Counted from the stretch's first letter, positions 11,712-24,227 are shown. The stretch is DNA of 64,000 bases from Octopus sinensis (GCF_006345805.1 NC_042998.1:204166001-204230000), one strand, 5' to 3'. The notes: generated by a model from the letters alone, not told the origin. Numbers and translations: made by a program.

Positions 11712-11780
11712 CCTACATGTCTATCTATCTATCTATCTATCTATCTATCAGTCTGTCTGTCTGTCTGTCTGTGTCTATCT
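11430..11780. repeat. Compound (GTCT)n/(ATCT)n tetranucleotide array
   Basis: Direct reading; recurring CTACCTACATGT interruptions. Confidence 0.95.
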
Positions 11781-12001
11781 GTCTGTCTGTCTGTCTGTCT
11801 TTTTATACACGCACCCACCCACCCACATCCGCATGTTCATTTCTAATTAGACGCTATGTTCCGATATCCATCACTGGCAGTGGGGCTCCATTCTGCATGC
11901 AGCCTAATCAAATAGTGTGTGGGTATACGCATACATATATGCTCACATGCGCGTGCATGTACACATGTACACAACACCCACACCCACTCACACTATATAT
12001 A

Positions 12002-12108
12002 ATTGGCAGAAGTTACAGAGTGACTCAAGGACCGAGAGTCTCGTTCGTTGGTAAGTGCCAACGTGCGTGACTGTTGGCTCTTGAGTCACTCTGTAACTTC
12101 TGCCAATT
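12002..12108. mobile_element. Short MITE with TA target site (Tc1/mariner-type)
   Basis: Perfect 31-bp inverted repeat 11999-12029 / 12080-12110, including the flanking TA. Confidence 0.75.
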
Positions 12109-12145
12109 ATTAGTAATAACAGTAAATAATGTGTGTGCGTGTGTG

Positions 12146-12548
12146 TATCTTTTACTCTTTTACTTGTTTCAGTCATTTGACTGCGGCCATGCTGGAGCAC
12201 CGCCTTTAGTCGAGCAAATCGACCCCGGGACTTATTCTTTGTAAGCCCAGTACTTATTCTATCGGTCTCTTTTTCCGTAACCGCTAAGTGACGGGGACAT
12301 AAACACACCAGCATCGGTTGTCAAGCAATGCTAGGGGGGCAAACACAGACACACAAACACACACACAGACACACATATATATATATACATATATACGACG
12401 GGCTTCTTTCAGTTTCCGTCTGCCAAATCCACTCACAAGGCATTGGTCGGCCCGGGGCTATAGCAGAAGACACTTGCCCAAGGTGCCACGCAGTGGGACT
12501 GAACCCAGAACCATGTGGTTGGTTAGCAAGCTACTTACCACACAGCCA
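12146..12548 (-). mobile_element. SINE family A, full length
   Basis: Reverse complement of the family A consensus. Confidence 0.9.
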
Positions 12549-12893
12549 GTATGTATAAATGATATATACTTTCGGTGCGAATGGCTTGTTGTATTTTTAT
12601 AAGGCACCGTTTTTACAATCAGGTAAATAATAATAATAAACTTAAAGCTTATGGCAATCACCATGCAATGACTGAGGAACATTTTCTAATAAAGGGGCAT
12701 ATAAGCCCTCGACAGAAAAAAAGAAGGCTTTTCTATCCGCATGAGAGTCGAACCCACATCCCTTTGTTAAAGCGATTAAGTGTGTTACCTATATAATTTA
12801 TAATATACACTCATGCTTTGACTTCTGTTTTACCTCTTTGCATCACCAGCCTATATATATATATATGAATGCATGTATGTGTGTGTGTGTGTG

Positions 12894-12941
<48 letters not shown>

Positions 12942-13650
12942 CATACAAACGCGCGCATGCATTCATACATACATACATACGTGTGTGTGTGTGTGTGGTG
13001 TGTGTGTGTGTGTTATACTCTTTATAAATAGCTTTATATTTGCCCCCTCCAAGTTGTGAGTAGCGCTGACTGAAAAGCTGTGCAAATGGAATTCTTTGCT
13101 GGAGTCTGTCTTTTTCACCCACCGCCCACCCCACCCCACCCCTCTCTCTCATGCGCGCAAACAAACCTTAAGATATTTTTCTGTTGATACACCTTCACTT
13201 TAATGATGTTTCTACGCACATTACGTCTAGCGTCTATGTACACACACATACAGATATACGCACACTTGTATTCTCATTTATATATATATATAGATTCTAT
13301 TGGCTGTTTTGTTTTTTTATGAAAAGAAGCAATTTCCCAAAATCGAAACTAGATCTAACCTCTTTCTGACGCTCTTCATTCACAATGTATGAATGGGCAT
13401 GTGTGTGTGTGTGTGTGTGGGAGAGAGAAGGAGTGAGTGTGGTAAACGCGGAGATTTCTGTGTATGAGCGCGCATATGGATGCATGGGAGCGGGTATTAT
13501 TCCGTATGTCTGCAGGTGTGTGTGCATGTTTGAGACTTGTTTCAACTCTAAACAAGGTCGTTTACTGCATTTTGCCATGGAGAAAATTCTCGCTGTAGAC
13601 AAATAGGGTGAGTCAAAAAGTAATGCCATTTTGTTTAGGACAGGTATAAT

Positions 13651-14110
13651 TACCAACACAGGAACATGTATCATACATCAAAATGAAGCTGGTCCTCTGT
13701 GGATCACATCCCTACTTCTCAACATAGACACCGTTTCTCTCAATAGCAATGTTCCACCTTCGAATGAGAGCATGTATCTCTGCCCCATAAAATTCTGTTG
13801 ACTGTTCTTTGAGCCACTTCTTCACTACAGTTTTCTCTTCCTCGTCACTGGAATAGTGTTTGCCTCTGAAACCCTCTTTCATGGGGCCAAAGAGATGATA
13901 GTCTGAAGGCGCTAAATCTGGTGAGTGTGGAGGTAGTGAAGAAGTGGCTCAAAGAACAGTCAACAGAATTTTACAGGGCAGGAATACATGCTCTCATTCG
14001 AAGGTGGAACATTGCTATTGAGAGAAACGGTGTCTATGTTGAGAAATAGGGATGTAATCCACAGAGGACCAGCTTCATTTTGATGCATGATACATGTTCC
14101 CGTGTCAGTA
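13651..14110. mobile_element. Mariner-derived foldback element (inverted duplication of the transposase 3' end)
   Basis: Arms 13651-13828 and 13933-14110. The minus strand encodes LPPHSPDLAPSDYHLFGPMKEGFRGKHYSSDEEEKTVVKKWLKEQSTEFY..IHALIRRWNIAIERNGVYVEK*. Confidence 0.9.
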
Positions 14111-14224
14111 AAATAAAAAGAGTAATAAGCAAGTGAAGAACGAATATATAGTGCAGGTGTTTATTATGGCCCTCCCGAAATACAACAATGTGTGTATGTG
14201 TGTGTGTATCTATATATGTGTGTG

Positions 14225-14408
14225 TAACTCCTCTGTCTTCCCTCCTTGGGATCTTTCCTTCTCCTTGTTTCCGACAAAGAGCTCCGCTCGAAACGTTAAA
14301 CCCTCCTTCCCTTCTTTCCTGAGCGTCAATAATACTTTAATTGTTCCACGTCCTGCGTTGCTGTGTTTTTTTCTCTTTTTCTCTGTGTTTTCTTGTTTGG
14401 ATTAACTT
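14225..14408 (+). mobile_element. Family F1 copy with a mutated hammerhead core
   Basis: CCGACAA-A-GAGCTCCGCTC-GAAACGTTAAA at 14271-14300; otherwise homologous to 3165-3369. Confidence 0.65.
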
Positions 14409-14536
14409 TATATATATATATATAGACGGCTTCTTTGGCTGTCTCTAAACGGCTTGTCCCGAAATGAGAAAAAAGGGTGAATGCTGACTCCTCAGAGAAA
14501 ATGACATTGTCCTATTGAGCCGTTGATAGTCTACAC

Positions 14537-15114
14537 CCATGGTTCTCAACCGGTGCCCTTGTGATCCTTTCAGGGTCCATGGAAGAACTTGCTGTTACAA
14601 TTTATGTGCAATAATTTGTTTATATTTCTGCAAAGCACAAAATATTAAAATTTTTTTCTACAATTATACAGAAAGACTTTGTGTGTGTACACACATCGAA
14701 TAAAGGCACGTGGCTTAGTGGTTAGGGCATTCAGTTCATGATCATAAGGTTGTGAGTTCAATTCCCAGCGGTACGTTGTGTCCTTGAGCAAGACACTTTA
14801 TTTCACGTTGCTCCTGTCCACCCAGCTGGCAAAAATATGTAGGACTTTTATTTCAAAGGGCCAGCCTTGTCACACTCTGTGTCAAGCTGAATCTCCCTAA
14901 GAACTACGTTAAGGGTACACATGTTTGTGGGGTGCTCAGCCACTTGCACGTTAATTTCACGAGAAGGCTGTTCCGTTGATCAAATCAACTGGAACCCTCG
15001 ACGTTGTAACTGACGGAGTGATCCTTTTTTATGCATCAAATGGCCATGGGAACTCAGCAGAGTAAAACAAGAATCAAACGGGGTCCATAAGCCAAAAAGG
15101 GTTAAGACCCACTG
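14537..15114. mobile_element. hAT-Charlie-like MITE interrupted by a family D SINE
   Basis: Ends CCATGGTTCTCAACC / GGGTTAAGACCCACTG; 8-bp TSD GTCTACAC / GTCTAGAC (7/8 match). Confidence 0.7.
14703..15020 (+). mobile_element. SINE family D (tRNA head, CORE-like GTGTCCTTGAGCAAGACACTT)
   Basis: A-box TGGCTTAGTGG and B-box GAGTTCAATTCC; homologues at 25005-25325 (+) and 17047-17262 (-). Confidence 0.8.
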
Positions 15115-15324
15115 GTCTAGACCCCGTTTTTTCCCCTTTATCAAAATTAATGGGGAGAATAGGAGAGTTTTAGCAATTAGAATCCTCTCATTGTCTCCAA
15201 CTTTCTGAAGCTCACAACATGAGATTGGCAAGATGGTGGCTTCGCTCTCCAATCACTTTTGCTGTCATAGTTCAATGTTGTTGTTGTTGTTTTGTTGGTG
15301 GGAGTGGCAATAGATTTCACTATT

Positions 15325-15542
15325 CTTATTTCTTTACTGCCCACAAGGGGCTACACACAGAGGGGACAAACAAGGACAGACAAACGGATTAAGTCGATTA
15401 TATCGACTCCAGTGCGTAGCTGGTACTTACTTAATCGACCTCGAAAGGATGAAAAGCAAAGTGAATTTGAACTCAGAACGTAGCGGCAGACGAAATAAGC
15501 ATTTCGCTCGGCGTGCTAACGTTTCTGCCAGCTCACCGCCTT
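15325..15542 (-). mobile_element. SINE family B (tRNA-like head GGCGAGCTGGCAGAA..GAGTTCAAATTCC, core GCCTTTCATCCTTTCGGGGTCGAT)
   Basis: A/B-box-like motifs; multiple homologous copies. Confidence 0.85.
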
Positions 15543-16480
15543 TTAAGTTTCACTATTCTGTGATCTTTTTCTGTAAGAGTTGGTTTTTACCTTGGTTTTC
15601 AAATGTCATTATGGTTTTAGTAACTGTATTTCTTTGAAACAATCACTTCAACAGATTTATTATTAGCTGAATCTCCAGCCATCTTTGTTTGTTCCAAAGA
15701 CTTGTCCTCTTTAAAGATCGGTCACTGAAGTACAAGGCATACATAATGCATAACAACAGACGTATGCCGACTGGAACAGTTTTGAAATTGTCATATTGCC
15801 CATAGAAAACCATAAATAACAAATGTTGTTTCCATTATTTGTCCAACCCCTGTTCATAAGAAAATGATTTTCTTGTTTTGCTGTTCAGAAGAATACGTGT
15901 GTTTGTACGTGTGTACACAAGATAACCAGCCGATAACATAATGTGTATGGAGATCTGTTTGCAATCGTCATCATCATCTGTCAGCACTATAAAGCTCAGT
16001 AAAGAATGCACACACACACACACACACTCTGCTTGTGTTTTTGTCTAATAAACACTCGTGACTAAGTTTTATTTATTTATTTATTTACTCAGACATTTCT
16101 TTTTTGATTATAACACGGAACTATTGAAAACCAAATCGCTGCTCTCTCTCTCTCCTCCTCCTCCTCTCTTGTTTCTTTTCCTTCTCTCTTCTGTCTCTCC
16201 CCCCCTCTCTCTAACATGACACTATAGAAAAGGTTTCCTTTTGTCAACCGACCTTACTCTTCTGGCTACATTCTCTCTAAGAACTGATACATGCATTCTC
16301 ACACATGCTCATGCATGCATGCATACACACACACACACACACACATACATATATATATACACACGTACATATACACACACATGTACTTACACGTACATGC
16401 ATACATGCCTATGCACTTACATGTGAACACATGCACACACACACAGAATGCATTGATAAAGATGTATTTATTAAGATTTA

Positions 16481-16627
16481 GGCACTGGCATGGCTGTGTG
16501 GTAAGCAGTTTGCTTCCTCATCACGTGGCCATTGCATGGCACCTTGAGCCAAGTGCCCCGTACGATAACCTCAGACTGACCAAAGCCTTGTGAGTAGATT
16601 TGGTAGACAGAAACTGAAAGAAGCCCA

Positions 16628-16668
<41 letters not shown>

Positions 16669-16799
16669 GAAGGGCATTCAGCCATAGAAGCACTGCCAGA
16701 TCAGACTGGAGCCTGGCGCAGCCTCCTGGCTTCCCAGACCCCGGTCAAACCGTCCAACCCATGCTAGCATGGAAAACGGACGTTAAATGATGATGATGA

Positions 16800-16834
<35 letters not shown>

Positions 16835-17043
16835 CATCTGTGTGTGTGTTTTGTCTCCCTATACCACTTGACAACCAGTGTTGGTGGGTTTACATCCCCA
16901 TAACTTAGCAGTTCAGCCAAAGAGACCGATAGAATAGTACTGGACTTTAAAAAATTACTGGGGTCAATTTGTTGACTAAAACTCTTCCGGACAGTGCTCC
17001 ATCATGGCCACAGTCTAATGAATGAAACAAGTAAAAAGTAAAA
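16481..17043 (+). mobile_element. SINE family A with a family C tail (16666-16803) nested in its internal microsatellite
   Basis: A 5' half, (TA)n, C tail with (GAT)n, (TA)n, then A 3' half. Confidence 0.8.
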
Positions 17044-17269
17044 GACATGCCCAATTAACCTACATGTAGTCCACAGATACATGTACCCTTAATACAGAGA
17101 GATTGAGCATGACACAGAAAGGGACAAGGCTGACCCCTTTCAATTACAGGTACTACTCATTTTGAGCAGCTGAGTGGACTGGATCAATGTGAAATAAAGT
17201 GTATTGCTGCCAGGAATCAAACTCGCGTCCACACAATCCTAAGCCAAATATCCTATCCACAGGGTCTCA

Positions 17270-17788
17270 CCGAGGAAATGACGAAGACCGAGACCCCTGA
17301 GATATGCTGTGACTGTGAAGACCCAACAAATGAAGTGAGTTCATGGCTCGCAGGACGGCCTGCTGTGCTAACCTTGGATTGTAGAGTGACCTGCTGTTCT
17401 TGAGGAGACCTAATTGAGTCAAGTACGTCAACATCAAAATAAAAATCAAATGGAAATTGTAGTTAAGACACCCGTGCCGGTGACACGTAGAAAGCACCGT
17501 CCGAACGTGGCAGATGCCAGCGCCGCCTGACTGGCGTCCATGTCGGTGACACGTAAAAGCACCAACCAATTGTGGCCGTTACCAGCCCCGCCTGGCACCT
17601 GTGCTGGTGGCATGTAAAAAACACCCATTACACTCACGGTGTGGTTGGCGTTAGGAAGGACATCCGGTTGTAGAAACACTGCCAGACCAGACTGGAGCCT
17701 GGTGCAGCCTCCATGGCTTACCAGACTCCTGTCAAACCATCCAACCCATGCTAGCATGGAAAACAGACGTTAAATGATGATGATGATG
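17270..17788 (+). mobile_element. Family C, long form with an alternative 5' region
   Basis: Homology; (GAT)n tail. Confidence 0.8.
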
Positions 17789-18178
17789 AAAGCCACCTGT
17801 TTTCATTAGTAGCTCATGTTTCACTCTTTACCTGTCAGAAACTTTGCTGTGTGCCAGTGAACCCATCCTCTTAGGCATGGCTCTCCACCCCCAACTAAGC
17901 AAAACCTCACTCCCAAGTAATTTAGTCATAACTGTGCTGCAGGAATTAAGCTCAAAACACACCTTACAAATCTTGGCCCAACCCTCCACCCTTATTGACA
18001 GTTGTGTGGGATTTGTGAGAGGTTTGGCTGCTATTTCTGTTGAGTCGAAGTTGGTGTGGTGGAAGCTCAGGAGGTTCCAAAGAATGTTAAAACTCTACAA
18101 AATAGTTGGGTTTGGAACTATCGAATTGTAAGTCTGCGAATGCCCTGAAATGTATATATATATATATATATATTATAT

Positions 18179-18587
18179 AGGCGCAGGAGTGGCTGTTTGG
18201 TAAAGTAGCTTGCTAACCAACCACATTGTTCCAGGTTCAGTCCCACTGCGTGGCATCTTGGGCAAGTGTCTTCTGCTATAGCATCAGGCTGACCAATGCC
18301 TTGTGAGTGGATTTGGTAGACGGAAACTGAAAGAAGCCTGCCGTATATATGTATATATATGTATGTGTGTGTGTGTTTGTGTGTCTGTGTTTGTCCCCCT
18401 AGCATTGCTTGACAACTGATGCTGGTGTGTTTACGTCCCCGTCACTTAGCGGTTCGGCAAAAGAGACCGATAGAATAAGTACTGGGCTTACAAAGAATAA
18501 GTTCTGGGGTTGATTTGCTCGACTAAAGGCGGTGCTCCAGCATGGCCACAGTTAAATGACTGAAACAAGTAAAAGAGAGAGTAAAGA
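18179..18587 (+). mobile_element. SINE family A, full length
   Basis: Homology to the other copies. Confidence 0.9.
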
Positions 18588-19099
18588 GTATACATATGAG
18601 TGTGTATAGGTAGTTGTATGTATATGTGTGTGTGTATCCACCTATACAAGCTGAATGACTTGTACTCAGCACCACATCTTCTACAAGACAATCCAAGATG
18701 CCCACCTCTCAACATAACACTCTCCTTAAACACTTCCATTTCCTAAACTGCTGCCAATCCTTCTGCTGCTTTACCAAAATGATTTCTACTAACTCTGTGG
18801 AATCTAACCATCCCTTCATTTCTAAATGTTGATGGTTCTGTGAACCGTACTCACACAGGAAAAGCATCCACATTCACTGCCTTTTTTGCGTCCAACCCGA
18901 CACAAGCTAAATACCCATCTAAACCCTTTTTATTCCACCAGCCACACCCACACACACACGATACTACTTTCAGTCATTTGAATCCAACAAGACCACCACT
19001 CTCAACCAGATTCCTTCCATTTCTGTTAAACAATGTTTCACACAGCTGCAGACTCCCTCCTCTCACTATCCTCTGTTCCATTGAGAACACCTACAAAAT

Positions 19100-19436
19100 G
19101 TACATTATTTACATTTGACGGATATTTGTCCTCATCTTGTTTGTTGTTAACACAACATTTCGTTTGATCTACCCTCCAGCCTTATTCAGGTGTCTTGAGG
19201 AAATTTCAAACCTAGGTTCTCATTCCTAAGGTATTTTTTGATATTATTATTATTATTATTCAGGTCACTGCCTGGAATCGAACTCAGAATCTTGGGGTTA
19301 GTAGCCCACGCGCTTAACCACTACGCCATATGCCCATGCGCATATGGCGTTGTGTTAACAACAAACAAGATGAGGACAAATATCCATCAAATGTAAATAA
19401 TGTACATAATTCCTCATCTCTTAGATATAGAACTGT
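19100..19436. mobile_element. Family E inverted dimer (minus arm 19100-19335, short plus arm 19338-19436)
   Basis: Same sequence as the 8204-8606 locus, with centre CGCCATATGCCC-AT-GCGCATATGGCG. The hammerhead core is degenerate (CTGAATA, broken stem II). Confidence 0.8.
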
Positions 19437-20034
19437 ATTATGTACAAAATGTGTTTAGATCTATTGGGCCATCTTCTTTCACAATATCACGAGTACCAGT
19501 CATACATCAAGGGTACAGTAAGGACTTCCAAAATGTCCGTTATTTGTGCTGTTGATGTTGTTGTTGGATAAAGAATGAAACCTTAAGCAAATAAGCAAAC
19601 TTCCTACCACTGTTCAACATAGAAATGTCTGTTTGCTGTTGGTGCCGCTAAATTCAATTAATTATTCTGCTTTAGCAGTTTAGCATCTCCCAAAACCTAA
19701 CTCTCCCCTCCACCCCCACCTCCACCCCACTTTCAACGTTCTGGCATCAGCTGAAAGGCTGTTGGGGAACCTCCCCAACCAAACAATGGCTTATTCTTCA
19801 GGCCTAGTCTCATGTTTGTTATTTACAAATCACTAAAAGTCAAGAGAATGAAAGCAAAATATGTGTTTTTAGTTCAGTATTGATTGCTTTTAATCTCTTA
19901 CATATGGTGTGTGTGTGTGTGTACATGTGTAGGTGTGTGTGTTGGTATATGCATATATTTGTATGTATCTGCTTCGTGTGTAGGTATATATATATGTATC
20001 ATGTGTGGGAGGGTGTATCTGTTATGTGTGTGTC

Positions 20035-20420
20035 ACCATCATCATCGTTTAACGTCTGCTTTCCATGCTAGCATGGGTTGGACGATTTTGACTGAGGGCT
20101 GGCAAACCAGACGGCCGCACCAGGCTCCAATCTTGATCTAGCAGAGTTTCTACAGCTGGATGCCCTTCGTAATGCCAACCACTCCGAGAAGAGTGTAGTG
20201 GGAGCTTTTACGGGTCACCGGCATGGGGCCAGTCAGGCGGTACTGGCAATGACCTCGCTCGAATCTTTTTACACATGTCACCGGCACAGGTGCCAGTAAG
20301 GCGACGCTAGTAATGATCACGCTCGAATGGTGCCCTTTTACGTGCCACCGGCATGGAGCCAGTTGGCCGCTCTGGCAACGATCACTCTCGAATGGTGCTC
20401 TTAGCACCCTACTAGCACGG
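20035..20420 (-). mobile_element. Family C
   Basis: Homology to the other copies. Confidence 0.85.
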
Positions 20421-20520
20421 GGCACATGCCGAACCACTAAGTTATGGGGATGTAAGCACATCAACACTGGTTGCCAAGCAGTGGTGGGGGACAAACTCAG
20501 AAACAAAGACACACACACAA

Positions 20521-20856
20521 GGCACAGGTATGGTTGTGTGGTAAGAAGCTTACTTCCCATGGTTCTTGGTTCAGTCTCACTGTATGGCACCTTGGGCAAG
20601 TGTTTTCTATAGCCTTGGGCCAACCAAACCCTTGTGATTGGATTTGGTAGCCAGAAACTGAAAGAAGCCCATTATGTGTGTTTGTCCCCAACACCACTTG
20701 ACAATCAGTATTGGTGTGTCTATGTCCACATAACATAGCAGTTCGGCAAAAGACTCTGATAGAATAAGTACCAGGCTTAAAAAAAAACAACTAAAAATTC
20801 TTCAAGGCATTTCCCCAGCATGGCCAGAGTCTAAAGACAAAAACAAGTAAAGCAAA
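20521..20856 (+). mobile_element. SINE family A, degenerate
   Basis: Homology to the other copies. Confidence 0.75.
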
Positions 20857-20962
20857 AGGGTAGAAGATCTGGTTATTAGTTGTTCTGCCAGAGTCCGAAA
20901 TTCGTTGTTATTGGCCAACCTTTAAATACTTCTTCTACCTTTAATATTGGGCTAAAGAGAAG

Positions 20963-21185
20963 GTGGCAAGCTGGCAGAAATGTTAGCACGCCGGGCTAAA
21001 TGCCGTCCGCCGTTACGTTCTGAGTTCAAATTCTGCCAAGGTCAACCTTGCCTTTCATCCTTTCGGGTTCAATAAATTAAATACCAGTTATGCACTGGGG
21101 TTGATGTAATCAACGTAATCCCTTTGTCTGTCCTTGTTTGTCCCCTCTGTGTTTAGCTCCTTGCGGGTAGTAAAGAAATAGATAT
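20963..21185 (+). mobile_element. SINE family B
   Basis: Homology to the other copies. Confidence 0.85.
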
Positions 21186-21395
21186 TGGGCTGAAGAACAA
21201 GCCACAATAGAAATAATTTCATTTCTAAATCTCTCAGAGAGATTTATACAGTAGCAACACGATAAAGTGGTGGCATGTTGTCAACTTAATGTGAGAGTCC
21301 CATGAAAGGGAAGAATGTTACTGTTATTTAGCCCTAGGAAACACCGTTCCCTGTTGGACTTGACACATTTTCTGTGTCCTTATCTTTTCAAAGGG

Positions 21396-21487
21396 GAGAC
21401 AAGCACCTCCACCCAGCAAAGCCAGCATCCAGAGACTCTGAAACTAATCTCTGGATGCTGGCTTTGTTGGGTGGAGGAACTTGTCTC
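21396..21487. other. Isolated 40-bp-stem hairpin (pre-miRNA-like)
   Basis: Arms 21396-21435 and 21448-21487, 12-nt loop, 2 mismatches plus 1 G-U. Confidence 0.5.
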
Positions 21488-22080
21488 AGCAAGCAACAAT
21501 GTTCTGTCTTTTACTTTTCCTCAGAGTTTTCCTTTCTCTGTGGTTTTTTGTTTTTTTCTAAATCTTTTCATCATTTTTTTTCTGTCAAAAAAACTAATGA
21601 AGATCCATGGAGATTTTCTTTGTTTTGCTTTGTTATTACGGATTTTTTTTTTTTTTTTTTTTTTTGCTTTGGGACTTCATAATAGTCTGAGCAGCTTCCT
21701 GAAGAAACATTAAGAGCCTTAGTCTCTCTCCTCTCTCCACCCACACCCAATACACACACACACACACACACTCTCTCTCTCTCTCTCTGTCACCCCTCAG
21801 TCTCTCTCCCCATCTGGAACAGTGTCAAGACCCTCTCTCCATAAAGCATTATATTTGTTTTGTTGTTCATTAAATTCCCATCCATTCTGAATTCTTATTT
21901 TCACTCCACAATGAAAAGAAGCCGAAATCACTTTTGCTGATGTTCCTTCTCTTTGTTCTTATTATTCCATCTGTGTTTGTATAAATGTGTATCATCACAC
22001 ACACACACACACTCACACACACTCACACACACACACTGGAGCATCATTTTCATGTCAGCTTTTCTCCATGCTTAATTTTT

Positions 22081-22121
22081 ACTAGCACTATGACCTGGCG
22101 TTGCCAGGTCATAGTGCTAGT
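22081..22121. other. Perfect 19-bp hairpin
   Basis: ACTAGCACTATGACCTGGC-GTT-GCCAGGTCATAGTGCTAGT. Confidence 0.8.
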
Positions 22122-22651
22122 GCATGCATATACAGCTGCATGCGTGCGCACATTCACGCGAGTACTGTCCAAATCTCTGACCAATCACATACAGCTAGCT
22201 GGCATTCAATTGCGTATCAAGTTTCCGGCATTTTGATTGGGTTTTGGATAGAAAATTCACAAAAAAGTCACTTCTATTGATTTTGTAATGGCTTTGCGGG
22301 GTGACTGGGGATATGTAAAGAGGTGCATGACCACCCTTGGACGGTTTTGAATGACCATTGAAAGTGCGAGCCCTCTAACTGAAAAATTGTGGATTTGTAT
22401 AAAGGACACACACACAGACAGACATTTTGCCATTTATATATATAAAGATATAAGTTTGCTGAAGCTGAGACAGTGTTTGATAGCCAGATGCCCTCCCTGC
22501 TCCTAATCATCACCTGTTTTTCAAGCAAGATGTTCTCATTCCAGTTTTCTCATGTTGAAATTACCAAAGCTACAGGAGGAGATGTAAATTCTAGATTTCA
22601 GTAAAAACCTTGTAGAATGCTATGCAAAGCTCATCCACAGCTATTGGCTAC

Positions 22652-22870
22652 CTGATGTCATCATACAGTGGGAAAATGTGTCCAAACAATTGTAGTTATA
22701 AGAGATAATGGTGTCATTGAGACCCAAAGATGTCAGGTAATACTGAATAGGTGCTATAGATAGACCATAGTTAAGTTCCAGATTCGGTAATATTGTGAAT
22801 AAAGGGTTCAACGCTGGTTCTATGTCAGCATGTGTATATAAGAATTTTTGGTGTGATAAAAAAACCAAGG
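22652..22870 (-). CDS. Candidate coding exon of an unidentified protein (219 nt, phase 1 to 1)
   Basis: Acceptor TCTATACAG, donor CAG|GTAGCC; only one open frame: LVFLSHQKFLYTHADIEPALNPLFTILPNLELNYGLSIAPIQYYLTSLGLNDTIISYNYNCLDTFSHCMMTS. Confidence 0.4.
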
Positions 22871-23514
22871 CTGTATAGATATTAGAGCATATGTTAAATA
22901 AAGAATGTCATTCATTCCACCTTCTATTATTTATCTGTTTACATAAATTCTAGATTTGGATATTTCATTTAAACTCTTTTTAATTGATACGATATGTTTT
23001 CAGTAAATTTTATTCAATAATGTCCAATGTAATTTTAATTTCCTTTACATGTGGTCTTTCAGCTTACATTCACTTCAGTGTTATATTCCTACAATGTTTT
23101 AAAAGTGGAGAGGTTGTGGATCTAAGTTGTTACTTGAGCTGTTCATATTTTGACTTCTAACTTTGATGGCATTTAGATTTTTGAAACGGTAAACAAAGCT
23201 ATTCCTGATTGTCTTTTATAGTAATTTTAATAGCTTGTTTGTTTGATATCTCTACTTTGAAGCCTTATAATGAAAATAGTGTCTTCTTTTAATTTTGTAA
23301 AGTTTGTCTTGTGTTTAATTGTGTGTGTGATCATCATATGATATTTATTTTCCATGCTGGCATGGGTTGGATATATATATGTGTGTATGTGTGTGTGAAA
23401 TTAGAAAAACTAGACCAGAATTATCCATACAAATATTTTGGAAATGTAACTGACAAAATAGAGAATGCAGATGTGGAAGAGAAAATTAGATAAGCGCTAT
23501 TGAAAAATCGGGCT

Positions 23515-23890
23515 AATGTTTATTTCTTTATTGCCCACAGGGGGCTAAACATAGAGGGGACAAACAAGGACAGGCAGACAGGGATTACATCAACCCCAGT
23601 ATGTACCTGTATTTGTTTAATCAACCCTAAAAGGATGAAAGGCAAAGAAGACCTCGACGGAATACCTATTTCTTTACTACCCACAAGGGGCTAAACACAG
23701 AGGAGACAAACAAGGACAGATGGAGTAAGTCGATTATATCGAACCCAGTACATAACTGGTACTTAATTTATCGCTCCCGAAAGGATGAAAGTCGACCTCG
23801 GTGGAATTTGAACTCAAAACGTAAAGACAGATGAAATACCGATAAGCATTTTGCCTGGTGTGCTAATGATTCTGCCAGCTCGCCACCTAA
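23515..23890 (-). mobile_element. SINE family B, tandem/dimeric
   Basis: Duplicated tail units. Confidence 0.8.
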
Positions 23891-24227
23891 TATTAAAACC
23901 ATTTTGATACCAACTCATTTGAGACTACCCCTGATTTTTGGATACAAATTTCCTGCTTCAGACAAAGTTATATGACTAAATCTCTTCGTTTTTTTTTCAT
24001 AATTAAAATTAAAAAGGTGGTTGTATTCCAACAGAAATATGGTGAGACAAGAGTTGGAACCTGAATTTGACGTGGCAAATTAGTAAATAGCAATCTGTAT
24101 ATAATACTTAATGTAAATATATCACAGCAAACTGAATCAACTGTGGTTTTCATCAGGAAATGATATTATCTCTTATGGACATACTCTGTGTGCGTGTGTG
24201 TGTATGCACCACGCTGACGATAACTAC

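Noticed and set aside
17832-18094. 87-codon open, splice-bounded stretch on the minus strand (also open on plus)
   Set aside because: It contains a segment (GGTTTGGCTGCTATTTCT) that recurs at about 33690 and 48250, so it is probably repeat-derived.
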